Translations under genes and position numbers: made by a program
DNA from: Planctomycetota bacterium
GTDB taxonomy: Bacteria > Planctomycetota > SZUA-567 > H5-PLA8
Length of the DNA stretch: 64,000 nt
Assembly (NCBI GenBank): GCA_038227875.1
Contig: JBBRPR010000017.1
Span: forward strand, 32,001 to 96,000
Direction of reading: 5' to 3'
The notes under the pieces: generated by a model
Databases searched by the model: none
Seen by the model: only the letters and a program-made list of their open reading frames with translations
Told to the model about the DNA's origin: nothing
In this document: positions 63,431-64,000 of the stretch, piece by piece
Numbering within the stretch: the first letter of the stretch is position 1
How the letters are laid out: every line of letters begins with the position of its first letter

Positions 63431-64000
63431 ATGTTAACACGGGTGGGCCTGGTTTTGGTGCTCTGCGCGGCGGTGCTGCGTTGCGGCGTCGCGTTTGCCG
63501 CGGCGGCGGGCGCGGATGACGATTTGGCCGATTGGGCCAACGAAGGCAAGTGGCCGCGCGGACCTCAGGCCGTCGAACCCACGCCCGAAAAGCAGGAAGT
63601 CAAAGCCAAGCGGCTGCAAGGCATCGGCGACAGCCGCCAGGCGGCTGATCAGTTCAGGCGACTGGCCGACGTCTACAGCGAATCGACAGAAGCCGAAGAA
63701 GGCCTGATTCTGTCCGCCAAGAATTACCTCGCGGCCGGCGATTTCACGCACTGCCGCGAAGAAATCAATGAACTGCGCCGCCGCTACGCCAACCCCACGT
63801 TCCTCGACGCCATCGGCGAAGTCGAAATCGCGCTGGGCCGCGGGTTCCTCGAAGGCAAGGGCGAAGGCGGTACATACACGCTCAAGAGCCGCCTGCGCAA
63901 AGCCAACGCGATCTTCCAGCGGCAGCTCGACAGCGACCCGCAAGGCCGCTGGGCTGCCGATGCGCTCTTCGGCCTGGGCCAGTGCGCTCAGGTGATCCAC
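63431..64000 (+). CDS. Exported TPR protein (BamD-like), 3'-truncated by the window edge
   Basis: ATG 63431 frame is open to the window end (missing from the ORF track): MLTRVGLVLVLCAA...FRRLADVYSESTEAEEG...DPQGRWAADALFGLGQ. Confidence 0.75.
   Translation, partial: MLTRVGLVLVLCAAVLRCGVAFAAAAGADDDLADWANEGKWPRGPQAVEPTPEKQEVKAKRLQGIGDSRQAADQFRRLADVYSESTEAEEGLILSAKNYLAAGDFTHCREEINELRRRYANPTFLDAIGEVEIALGRGFLEGKGEGGTYTLKSRLRKANAIFQRQLDSDPQGRWAADALFGLGQCAQVIH

Overview
GC-rich bacterial chromosome segment. Gene content (ECF sigma factors with long extensions, DUF4175-like, YdjY-like, NHL/PKD surface proteins, sulfatase) suggests the PVC superphylum, probably Planctomycetota; this is inference. Housekeeping genes: trpA, hemW, tyrS, nadD, ilvB-ilvC-ilvN, uppS, and cdsA-phoH-7TM/HD-ybeY-recO followed by a partial TPR gene. 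These are mixed with a metal-uptake operon, AraC regulators and large secreted or coiled-coil proteins. I found no rRNA, tRNA, CRISPR array or transposase. Main observations: (1) a sigma70-type promoter, a 17-codon Tyr/Phe-rich leader peptide (MLRAFYGYGYRFNSPVA) and mutually exclusive terminator/antiterminator helices upstream of tyrS, i.e. a candidate tyrosine-sensing ribosome-mediated attenuator; (2) this TyrS has AAHH in place of HIGH and is followed by an ECF sigma factor fused to a PheRS-alpha-like class II synthetase domain; (3) a His/CxxC/RGPP DUF2946-like putative arrest uORF heads the metal-uptake operon; (4) a string of loop-less palindromes sits inside a 25-bp inverted repeat, and a REP-like hairpin family shows compensatory changes; (5) a zinc-ribbon protein carries 13 x 35-aa coiled-coil repeats; (6) an Ilv5-type KARI has a Lys/Ala-rich tail. 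All calls come from reading motifs by eye; no database searches were run.
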